Shown here: piece after piece, positions 38,601-48,137 of the stretch
How the letters are laid out: each line of letters begins with the position of its first letter
How positions within the stretch are numbered: the stretch's first letter is position 1
Origin: Setoptus koraiensis
Lineage: Eukaryota; Animalia; Arthropoda
Length of the DNA stretch: 64,000 nt
Assembly (NCBI GenBank): GCA_048013815.1
Contig: CM106585.1
Coordinates: forward strand, 23,188,001-23,252,000
Direction of reading: 5' to 3'
Translations under genes and position numbers: made by a program
The notes under the pieces: generated by a model
Told to the model about the DNA's origin: nothing
Database searches by the model: none
What the model saw: the letters and a program-made list of their open reading frames with translations, nothing else

Positions 38601-40223
38601 TGGCACTGATGGGTCATCGAAGATAAATTGAATCTTGTTGGATTGCTTCAATAGATCAATTTGTTCTTCCCAGATTGTATCTCTATTTTTCTCTAGAAAA
38701 GTATGCACCTTATAAGTGACTTTTTCAGCAAAATGCTTAATATTGAAGGAATCTTGATAGTTAAATTTAGGTTTTTCAAATATACTGTCTTTGAACATCC
38801 TGCCATTGACCTTACTTAATTGAGCATACAGTTTAGCGCACCATGTTTCGTCACTACCTCTTGGCATCTTACATTCCTCATCTAAAAGATTAAGGATTCC
38901 GATTGGTTTGGCCTCTATTATGTCAATAACAGGCTGATTGTCGCTGAACTCTATGAAAGCCCAATCTATACCCTCCCTTATGTATTCCTCTTGTTCCAAT
39001 TTAAAAACGTGTTGATTGAATTGTTGTTGAAGAACCTCGTTGGCATAGTTGATACAAAATTGCTCGAAGCTATTAAGATCGAAATTCTCGAATCCATAGA
39101 TGTCCAATACACCGATGAATTGTGTGTCTCTACTTTGGTGATTTGGCGAGGTGGGTGAGTCGAGCGGCACACCAGTGTTACCTAGGGCATTGTTAATTAA
39201 AGCTACAATCCATGAAAACAGACGCTCATAGATGAATTTAAGCATTGCATCTCGGCCATACTCGGCCATTTGTGAATTTAGTGGAGTTGATATGATTTCT
39301 TTGGCCCCGGTGCGCAATAGTCTGGTGGTTAGCCATTTCTCCGCTTGTTCCTTGTTCAATCCTAGTAAATCACAGAATATTTGAAAGTGTTTGCTGTTGA
39401 TGTCCAAATGACAATTTTCGTCCTGATCTTTCGTTTTGTTGCCATCAAAAACAATGTTTCCACCATGCAAAATGGCGGCCACAATGCGAAATATGACATC
39501 ACGACGTTTTTCGTTGATGCCCAATATTGTTAAAGCCTCGCAAAACCTAGTCAAATCATCTATTTGATCCTGTGGTTTAACATTGCCCAAATATCTGAAT
39601 TCTTCATCACCATTTAAAGCGAGATATTCCAGATTATGCCTAGTGGCATAGGTGACCATTTGGTAGAATATATGGAAGTTTCTTTCTCCGTTTTGTTGCT
39701 TAGTAACGCGCGATTTCTCTAACAAATATGTACGCATATGACCGCCTAATATTGTTCGTTTTTGTCTATCAAATAGAATTTGAATATATTTACCAAATCT
39801 GGACGAGTTGTCATTGCGAACTGTGGAGGCATTGCCGATGGCCTCCATAATGGGATTGCTGGCTAGCACTCTATTCTCAATATTTGTTGATTTGCTACAA
39901 GCTATGGAGGCAAAGTATCGCATTGAATATTTGGCCGACACTGTTTTGCCGGCGCCACTTTCGCCTGACACAATGATAGATTGGTTGGTGCCATTTCGTT
40001 CTAATTTTGAGTAGGCATCCTCGCTGACGGCAAATATGTGAGGCTCTAATTGGACGTGTCCGGATGAGGCGTGATAAGTTTCAATGGCCTGGTCGCCGTA
40101 GATGTCCAACTCCTGGTAGGGATTCACTGCAACCAGGGCAATGCCACACCATGTATAAATGGATCTCTCGTGGAGAAATCTCTTCTTGAGCGTCTGTAAT
40201 GTTTCGTCGTATTCTGAAATCAT
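35635..40223 (-). CDS. MYO5: Unconventional myosin V (motor, ~6 IQ, coiled coil, DIL cargo domain), >=1496 aa; 5' end uncertain
   Basis: complement(join(35995..40223, 35635..35896)). A 98-nt GT-AG intron restores the DIL end (RSSQIIKILNLYT..DLLMNTKHLFPITV..*). P-loop GESGAGKT. A tttcag acceptor at 40214-40216 suggests unidentified upstream exon(s). Confidence 0.94.
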
Positions 40224-40749
40224 TGCGTACAATAGTGATTGCGATAAACTATAAATAAATAATAATTAATAATAACATTAATGAACCAATTAAACTATTA
40301 ATTAATTGGTGTGATTGTGATTTGTGTGGTAGGCGCGTAGTTTCAATTAATAAAAGTTAGAAAGAAAAAAAACGATGGCATGACAATAAATGAGTTATAC
40401 GAAAAAGAAATGCGCGTACATGGCGTGGCGTTTAAGAAATTCAACAGTGGCCGTCCCATTGTCAGCTATATGAAATGTTGTTTGTTATGGCGCACACACA
40501 CACACACACACACCACTGCACCATTGCACCACGGCACCATTGCACCACTGCACTGTTGCACAACAACAACAACAGCGGACGGACATTTCTGTGCCACCGA
40601 GGTGTCCACTTGCTGTGCCGCAACTGTGTGCTCCACTTGCAAGTGGTCACTCTGTACACCTGTCCGCCTGCTCTGTGCCTGATAAATTATTAGTCATAAC
40701 ACAATCACCTGTTGTGTAACACTGTGCGAGTCAGTGACCCACACAAACG

Positions 40750-40751
<2 letters not shown>

Positions 40752-40813
<62 letters not shown>
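40752..40813. repeat. (CA)n microsatellite
   Basis: Read directly. Confidence 0.95.
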
Positions 40814-40814
<1 letters not shown>

Positions 40815-43800
40815 GAGCGGTCTAGCCAGGTAGCCAGACGGCCGGACGGGCAACAACAGCAGCTAGCCTCGGCTAGTTGCAGTAACAGCAACAACTAACA
40901 ACATCCCACAGTGCACAGAGTCATTACACTTACATTCAGGTTCATTGTCGGAGTTGTTCTTTTCGCTGCTATTCGCTTCGTTTCGTTTCGTTTCGTCTCG
41001 TCCAGCTTCAGCTCGAATCGTCTCGTTTCGTTACGGCCAACACAACACACAAACACAACCGACTCGAACGAATGGCGCTAAGTTGGCAAAATTTACCTGT
41101 CGAAAGTCTCTCACAATGCGAGCTTATTCCTAGTTTGTCAGTGTGTGTTCGAGCACACAATCGAAATATTATTACTCTTCACAAAACAACACCAACAACA
41201 ACACATGCTGTGACTAGAGACTGTGGCACAATGACGACGACCAATTGCAATTATGCCAAGACGCTAACGAGTTATTCAAACTTGAGCCATTTGGACATTG
41301 TCAAAGAGAGTTCTCCCAAAATTGCTCTCTCGTTTGCACACTTTTGTCTGGTCACACACAACAACAAGCAGTAACTCTCATTCGATTGCATAATTTGCAT
41401 TTGTGCGCCAGTTTTGACTTGATCAGGTCGCATAGATCTTGTGCGCATCTGGCAAGGGGGGCCTCGCGTTGCGCTGCCCAGCTCCCCTCTAGGGGCATGA
41501 GTAGTAACTAGCCAAGAGCCTCCTCCCGTGCACGGGTCCGAAAACAACCATATCTACTATTTGAAGCAAGTTTGTCAGGCAGATAAAAAGACAGAGAGAG
41601 AGAGAGAGAGAGAGAGCATGTAGAGAGAAGAAATTTTTTGAAGAGAGCCGCAAAAAATCTATTTTGGCAACCTTCCTCTCACCGTCTCACACCAAGCGGG
41701 GCAGGCAGAAGAAAGATTCTCCCAAATCCAATACAATCAACGGCACAGGCAGTATCTTCCCCCCATCACCGACCAAGACTTACAAGATTGAATCAAAACT
41801 TTATCGTCGCCATCTTGTCTAGTTCAATCAGACCTTTACTCATTTCCGGTCAGCCACTAATCGCGTGTTGTTAACAATTCGACCTGAAACAACTGATAAA
41901 AAAGTTAAAGTTCTATTCTATTCGGCTCAATTCAATATGAATGCAATGATAGCCGAGTGATGTTAGTCTAGCCAGGCTCTACCTCAATGACTCATTATGT
42001 AACGTTAATAGACGTGACCCTTTGCCAATCTCTTCCATGACTCATCATCTAAGCAGCTGCTGTGCCTATTTGTCGACGCTTAACTCTCTAAATAAATCTA
42101 TAATCGTTTCCAATCGCACACAACAGGTTTGTTTGTTTCTTATCTTTCTTTATTTTCATCTGCTATTTCTCTACTTAGATAAGCAAGCTTAATTCTACCA
42201 AAAGACCATTCAGAGCCCGATACCATCTCAGACACCGTTCGCTGGATTGTGAGATGGCTCAGTTAGATGAAATACAACGGCAACATATTGTGCTCGTTGC
42301 TGTGACTCGACTCTCTCTCCCATGTATGTGTATGTGAGAATAATATTGTGTGATACATAATGTATATAACATGGACATTGAGCTATAATAAAGATGGACG
42401 ATGCTACACACGTTATGTCCATGGTCCGACACAGACACACAATGAGGCTCATGTTGAGCAGATGATGATTTTTGTGAAACTTGTGCGAATCTCATTCCCT
42501 TGTCGGCTATCTATTACATAACAAGATGGGTAAGTTGATACAAGGAAAACTGTTGGCAGCTTGTTTGTGATTTAAAGAAGTAAACACGAAGATGACAAGA
42601 TTAGATGTCGGAGTTTACGTAACTCTCAAGAATATACCAACAGGGCTTAATTACAACTACTATCATCATCATCACATTGTTGTCTATGATGATGAGTCTT
42701 ATTCATGGTAGTTGCAGTAGCGACCATCAGGTAAGTTGGTGGAACAAGATAAAATAAAGTGCAAGAATACCAAAGTCCATCCATAGTGCATTCATACTTA
42801 AATTCAGATCTTTTTTCAGGTGGGAATAAACACGAAACACTATTGTGAATGTGCACGAATGAGCGATTATCATCAGATTACAATCAGAATAACAGGGTTG
42901 TTAGTTAAATGTCGTACCTTCAAAATGTTTAAAATGGATGAATCAACATGATGTTCATGGTTGATTCAATAAACTCCAATGATTATTAAATGGTCTTTAT
43001 GTGTGATCAAGCTAAATAAAAATACCTGTAGAAGACAGATTGAGAAAAACATCAAGATTCGCACTAACCAATCAGCTAGCTATCTATTTATGTTGTCACT
43101 GCGTGTAGAGAACTTTAAATTTCTGGCTTTAATTACAAATAAACACTTAGATTGTCACAAACATGCTATATGTATTAATAATAATAATACCTACAATCCC
43201 GGCCAAAAGATATACGCCATAAAATAATAAATTATATGCAGAGTTTAGTTATCAATTTATCATTAGTTCAGATGAAATGTCTACGATTGTGGTTGTCGTC
43301 AAGAATATGCACACAAACAGATTGATCACGATCAATGGGTATTGAACTTATATGTTGGTCATTTTAAATAAAAATGCTTGACCACTTTTATTACCCTGTT
43401 GTAGCTTCTGGTTTTGCCATCCGGTTTTGCCCTGTCTAACTCTAAATTTTATTTTATATTTTTATTGTAAGACTGTAAATAATAGTAAGCCGCATAAGCA
43501 AACTCTTGTTTGAGCCCATTGAATTGTTGTTCTATCACCATCAACATAATTATCTATGGCAACATCACATGTATCAGTGTTTCTATTTCGACTCATGATG
43601 ATCTATTTGAGGAACATCAATTGCACGATTCGCTCGCCGTATCACATGAATACCCATAATTAATTCCATTCTAATTTTAAATGAGAGACAAAGTAAGCAA
43701 GTAAGTGAGTAAGTTGCTGGCTGCTAACAAAACTAACAAGAAAAATGACCAGATGAGTAGTAATATTGAACACAAGTGTTTGTTGGTGTGTGTTCGTAAC

Positions 43801-44146
43801 ATCGTTTATTTGACCATTATTATGCAACCAGATAATTTGTATTGGCATAGAGTGGTGAGAATTGTTGAATCAATCATGCAACTACTCCGAATAAAACCTG
43901 TATCTCATACAGGTATCTCATACATCTCAAGTTGTATGACTCATACTGGCAACAACCGATTCGAGAAACTTGTGCATCTTACGCAAGTGTATACAACAAT
44001 GATGATCTCAATGTAAGATGATCTACATCTAACATCTTTTGCACGATTATTTGTCAGAGTTCTCTTGTACAGTTAGAATTGCGTGCTAATCTAGCTGACA
44101 ACATTTCACTTGGCACTCGAATGAGTGGATGAACTGCAGTAAAGTA

Positions 44147-44488
44147 CTGTGTGCGTTTTTTCCAATGGCTTTTCTCCTACTTACTTCTTTGCCCGCCAAG
44201 GGCGCAGCGGGCGCACAAGGATGCACAGCTAAGCGTAGAGTGTATCGATAAATGTTTCAATTGGTTGACGTTACTCAACAGATAGCTAGCAAACAACTAG
44301 AGGCGCTGCGATCACTGCACTCACTACTTTGACGGCAGTTCATCACTGGCAGTTTACTCGCGAAACAGCTATACTGCGGCACATACTGCGACTGACGCTC
44401 ACTCACACTGCATATGAAAATCTGAGTGCGCCGCCCTGGCGGCTTCTAAAAGAAATGGGAAAAAAGCCATTGGAAAAAACGCACCCAG
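44147..44488. mobile_element. MITE-like non-autonomous DNA transposon (342 bp, ~27-bp TIRs, TA duplication)
   Basis: Left CTGTGTGCGTTTTTTCCAATGGCTTTT vs reverse complement of the right end CTGGGTGCGTTTTTTCCAATGGCTTTT (1 mismatch). Flanked by TA on each side within an AG-TA-CT site; no ORF. Confidence 0.8.
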
Positions 44489-44639
44489 TACTCCTACCCT
44501 AACTTGTTTTTGCTTGTTGTTGTTGCTACAGACTTACTACTGCATTGGACTTTATGATGTAACCATGAATGACTCATGCAAAAGTAGTCTTTAGTAACTT
44601 TTCAGTTTCATTACAGAGGGCGCTGAGATAACCAACACA

Positions 44640-44863
44640 TGTAACGCCAGCGTTATCGCTGTTGAATATTCACATGTCCATATCCACGCACGGACATATC
44701 CATACTCTTATATTCACCAACCGCATATAAATAGTAGTGTTTGTATCTCAAACACTTCACTTGTGCTTCAACTCTCATACAATAAACATCTAACAGCTAA
44801 AGTAAACCTCCCTCAGCGTCATATTAGTATATCTTGTACCGACTGAACGATTTGGTCGTTACA
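44640..44863 (+). repeat. 5' LTR (224 bp)
   Basis: TGTAACGCCA...CGTTACA; TATAAATA box near 44726 and AATAAA near 44781. Positions 44745-44863 are identical to 48233-48351. Confidence 0.92.
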
Positions 44864-44866
44864 AAT

Positions 44867-44883
44867 TGGCGTCAACGGGTGGA
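44867..44883 (+). other. Primer-binding site, tRNA-Asn-like
   Basis: TGGCGTCAACGGGTGGA, 3 nt after the 5' LTR. TGG complements tRNA CCA, and CGGGTGGA matches the complement of the TCCACCCG T-arm end of animal tRNA-Asn as recalled from memory; the isoacceptor is not verified. Confidence 0.65.
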
Positions 44884-45121
44884 TGACGCTCTAGGGAAAT
44901 AAAAGTTTAGAATAATAGTTTAGGATAATAGTTATATCGAATACCGATAACTAGAAGTATCAAGTCCGGAGGTGAAACGCACTCCGTGATCAAATATTAG
45001 GCACCCCAAACTTAAATTTATTGGACTAGGAAATTTCCTAGTCCACAACAGACATCAAAGTCGAAATTAACAGACATCAAAGTCGAAAACAACAGACATC
45101 AAAGTCAAAACACAAGGCAAG

Positions 45122-46894
45122 ATGCCGATAAATACTAGAAATACTATAAGAGATGACCAACAGCAGGGTCAAGACCAAATGGAATCACCAAACCAAATAA
45201 ACAACAATAACCAAGATGGTAATGTAAGCCTTTCAGGTAATGACGACGGGTTGGACCCAAGATTGTTATCGGTGATCAACACCATGATTTCAGCTAACAA
45301 CGCAGCTTTGACTGCAAACATAGCCCAAATTGTATCGCAGACAGTAAGCTCTACATTTGAGGCTCAGCAAAGAAGAACAAGCCAAGGATCAGTTTTAGGT
45401 GGACGCACTAACAATGTTAATGTTGAGAACAACATCCCACTACGAAACGATCAACCACCGGAATATTCGAACTTATTCCAAAGCAACAACAATGGCCCAC
45501 GAGAAATTTCTCGTGAGCCATACATGCCACCAGGTTCATCAAGAGATGACGACCGATCGCACAGAGCATCTTCCGAGACTAGGAGAACAACCTATCAAGG
45601 AATGAACGATGAAGCTTTTCAAAGATCCCTTTATGAACCGTTCGCAAGACCACACTGCAATGGGGCAGTACCCATACATCCCGTTGAACCTTCTAAATTC
45701 AATGGTGACCCCAGGAAAGCCCGAAATTGGCTCAGAGAATTCTCAGAGACATGTACAATCAATGGATACGACGACCTACAAAAGAAGTTAAGAATCGTAG
45801 CTTACTTAACGGATGAGGCAAAAGAATGGTATTACGAACTGAAAAGCCGCCGCCCAGACATAAGTTGGATCAATTTGCAGAGCGAATTCCTAAGTGACTT
45901 CTCCTCAAATAACACCTCAATTCAACTATTCAAGACCCTGAGCGAGGCCCGACAACGCCGAGATGAGAGACCCTTCACGTATCTCTTAAGAGTGCTCGGA
46001 TACTGTCGAGATTACAACGTCGACATGGCAGAACGAGAGAAAGTAGAATGGTGTCTTCGCGGTCTACATCGCAACATTGCAAATACCATCACATGCAATA
46101 TAGCACCGCAGCAGATGAGCCTCGACTGGTTAAGAACACAACTGAAAAAGTGGTCTATCCAGACAGAAGAGGAACGCCAAGATGCTCGCGGGAAATTTCC
46201 CGGAGCACGAAGAAGCCAAGCTAAGAACAAGAAAAGACTAGACCAGAACCTAGATCCCAACACGTTCGAGGTCGGCGATCTCGTCGTCATAAAGAGACCA
46301 ACTCGAGTGAAAGGTGGAGTTAAGAAATTAACATTCACGTATATTGGACCCTTCCGTATATCAAAGAAACTCAATTCACTCAACTTTGAAGTCGTAAATC
46401 TGAGCGGCAGACCTCGTAGCTTCTCGGTCCATCCAATGCACCTCAGAAAGTATTACCTACGTAACGACTTGCCAACAATCGAGGAACCTCGTATCCTAGA
46501 TGTCAGAGAAGAAATAAACGACTTTGCAGAGCAAATTGAGTCAAATGACAACGGCGACACACTCAAGACATATGCCAAGACTAAAGAAGCTAGCAACGGG
46601 AAATTTCCCGCTGCTAATCAACGCCGAATTGACAATACATGCGATATTGACGAAAAACGGATAACCGGAAGTGACTCTCAAATTATGGCGGACCCGCATG
46701 ATATTAACCTAGACGACCTACAAGAAGAATATTCTGTCGATAAACGTCTACAGTCACCGCCGACCATAGTAAAGCCAGTCTCACCGCCTGACTGTATCAC
46801 TGACGCGACAAATACAAAGACAACACATGATCACGTCAATGCGCCTGCGCGACCCAAGCGGGTCACAAAGACACCCGCGCGTCTTGATTTGTGA
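45122..46894 (+). CDS. Retrotransposon Gag fused in frame to integrase C-terminal GPY/F (SH3-like) region, 590 aa
   Basis: Gag core PSKFNGDPRKARNWLREF..LRIVAYLTDEAKEWY..ARQRRDERPFTYL, followed directly by KKRLD..FEVGDLVVIK..KLTFTYIGPFRI..VHPMHLRKY. No DSGA/DTGA protease, YxDD RT or DDE motifs were seen. Confidence 0.88.
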   Translation: MPINTRNTIRDDQQQGQDQMESPNQINNNNQDGNVSLSGNDDGLDPRLLSVINTMISANNAALTANIAQIVSQTVSSTFEAQQRRTSQGSVLGGRTNNVNVENNIPLRNDQPPEYSNLFQSNNNGPREISREPYMPPGSSRDDDRSHRASSETRRTTYQGMNDEAFQRSLYEPFARPHCNGAVPIHPVEPSKFNGDPRKARNWLREFSETCTINGYDDLQKKLRIVAYLTDEAKEWYYELKSRRPDISWINLQSEFLSDFSSNNTSIQLFKTLSEARQRRDERPFTYLLRVLGYCRDYNVDMAEREKVEWCLRGLHRNIANTITCNIAPQQMSLDWLRTQLKKWSIQTEEERQDARGKFPGARRSQAKNKKRLDQNLDPNTFEVGDLVVIKRPTRVKGGVKKLTFTYIGPFRISKKLNSLNFEVVNLSGRPRSFSVHPMHLRKYYLRNDLPTIEEPRILDVREEINDFAEQIESNDNGDTLKTYAKTKEASNGKFPAANQRRIDNTCDIDEKRITGSDSQIMADPHDINLDDLQEEYSVDKRLQSPPTIVKPVSPPDCITDATNTKTTHDHVNAPARPKRVTKTPARLDL

Positions 46895-46967
46895 ACACGC
46901 AACACGTGGTCAGCAAGATAACAAACAAACAACAACAGCTGCTCGTGCACGGATAATTATCCGCGCA

Positions 46968-47219
46968 CTAGTATCAGCACAAATATCAGCATAAATATCA
47001 TAACCAGTATCATAGCCAGTATCATAGCCAGTATCATAACCAGTATCATAACCAGCATCATAACCAGCATCATAACCAGTATCATAACCAGTATTATAAA
47101 CAGTATCATAACCAGTATCATAACCAGTATCATAACCAGTATCATAACCAGTATCATAACCAGTATCATAACCAGTATCATAACCAGTATCATAACCAGT
47201 ATCATAACCAGTATCATCA
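46968..47219. repeat. 12-bp tandem array (CCAGTATCATAA)n, ~18 good plus ~3 degenerate units
   Basis: Read directly; regular units at 47004+12n to 47208. Lies between the two element ORFs. Confidence 0.95.
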
Positions 47220-47268
47220 CATCCAACATCGACAATTGTACGGATAATTATCCGCACCACCACGTGTC

Positions 47269-48126
47269 ATGGAGTGCCTCACATACCCTCAGTTATTGGA
47301 TATCAAGGAATTGGTAGGTATCGAAGCCAATCCCGACCATGCTCTGGACGTTCAGACGGCCCAGACTCTTCAATGCTCCCTCTGCCTCTATGTCTCAACT
47401 GAAGCCGTCAAACACATAGCCTGCGACCACCTGTTCTGTAGCTCCTGCCTCAAAAACTATCTAAGTGAACAATACCTCGGGGTATCTTACGAAGGTGCCT
47501 TTAACCTCATCAGGAGAAAGGAATGTCCTGTCTGCAGACAGTTGTGGTATAGAGAAAGTATAGATAATCCAAACGAAGCCTCACAGCTATGCCGACCAAC
47601 TCGGCTCGAACTTAGAGTCATAAAAGGGCTGACACTACAATGCCAGAAATGCCCTGGTACCTACCCACTGGAGGGTATTGGTACCCATAGGTGCCTACCC
47701 GAGACGCCTGGGAAATTTCCCAGCACGTCCGTAGAGGCTGCAACCAGTGAGAGTGGCTACATTGTTATCAGTAACAGCGGACACTTTGAGTTCCGGTCTA
47801 AGCCAACTAACAGGAATCGGCTATTCACTTTAAGGTTCGAAGGCAAATCTATTGCATCCTATTGCTTCCGGAAGAAGCTGACGGTGATGATGATCAAAGA
47901 AAGAATGGCTGCGCTAGCTGGTGTCACTCCAGCGGAAATAGAACTATTTAAGTTCTCACATCAAACATTAGACGACCACGACCAAGTGGAGTCGTTCCAC
48001 CAGTGTAGCGGCAGGATTGTCTTGGAAGGTTTCAAAGTATCTACTATTAACAAAAATGAGTTGCTGTCTTTGAGGATTCAGCCAGCTACAACATCACACG
48101 AGAGAAGCGAGGACGCTCCATTCTAA
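47269..48126 (+). CDS. RING (C3HC4) - Zn finger - ubiquitin-like domain protein carried inside the LTR element, 285 aa
   Basis: CSLC-x12-CDHLFCSSC...KECPVCR is a C3HC4 RING. LTLQCQKC..PLEGIGTHRC is a TRAF/RAG1-like finger. TVMMIKERMAALAGVTPAEIELF..QTLDDHDQVESF follows the ubiquitin-fold pattern. The stop codon overlaps the PPT. Confidence 0.8.
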   Translation: MECLTYPQLLDIKELVGIEANPDHALDVQTAQTLQCSLCLYVSTEAVKHIACDHLFCSSCLKNYLSEQYLGVSYEGAFNLIRRKECPVCRQLWYRESIDNPNEASQLCRPTRLELRVIKGLTLQCQKCPGTYPLEGIGTHRCLPETPGKFPSTSVEAATSESGYIVISNSGHFEFRSKPTNRNRLFTLRFEGKSIASYCFRKKLTVMMIKERMAALAGVTPAEIELFKFSHQTLDDHDQVESFHQCSGRIVLEGFKVSTINKNELLSLRIQPATTSHERSEDAPF

Positions 48127-48134
48127 GAAGGAGG
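48125..48134 (+). other. Polypurine tract
   Basis: AAGAAGGAGG, 3 nt upstream of the 3' LTR TG. Confidence 0.8.
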
Positions 48135-48137
48135 TCA

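Noticed and set aside
46957-47235. (MILV)n hydrophobic ORF on the minus strand
   Set aside because: An alternative frame of the 12-bp array; being open follows from the repeat unit.
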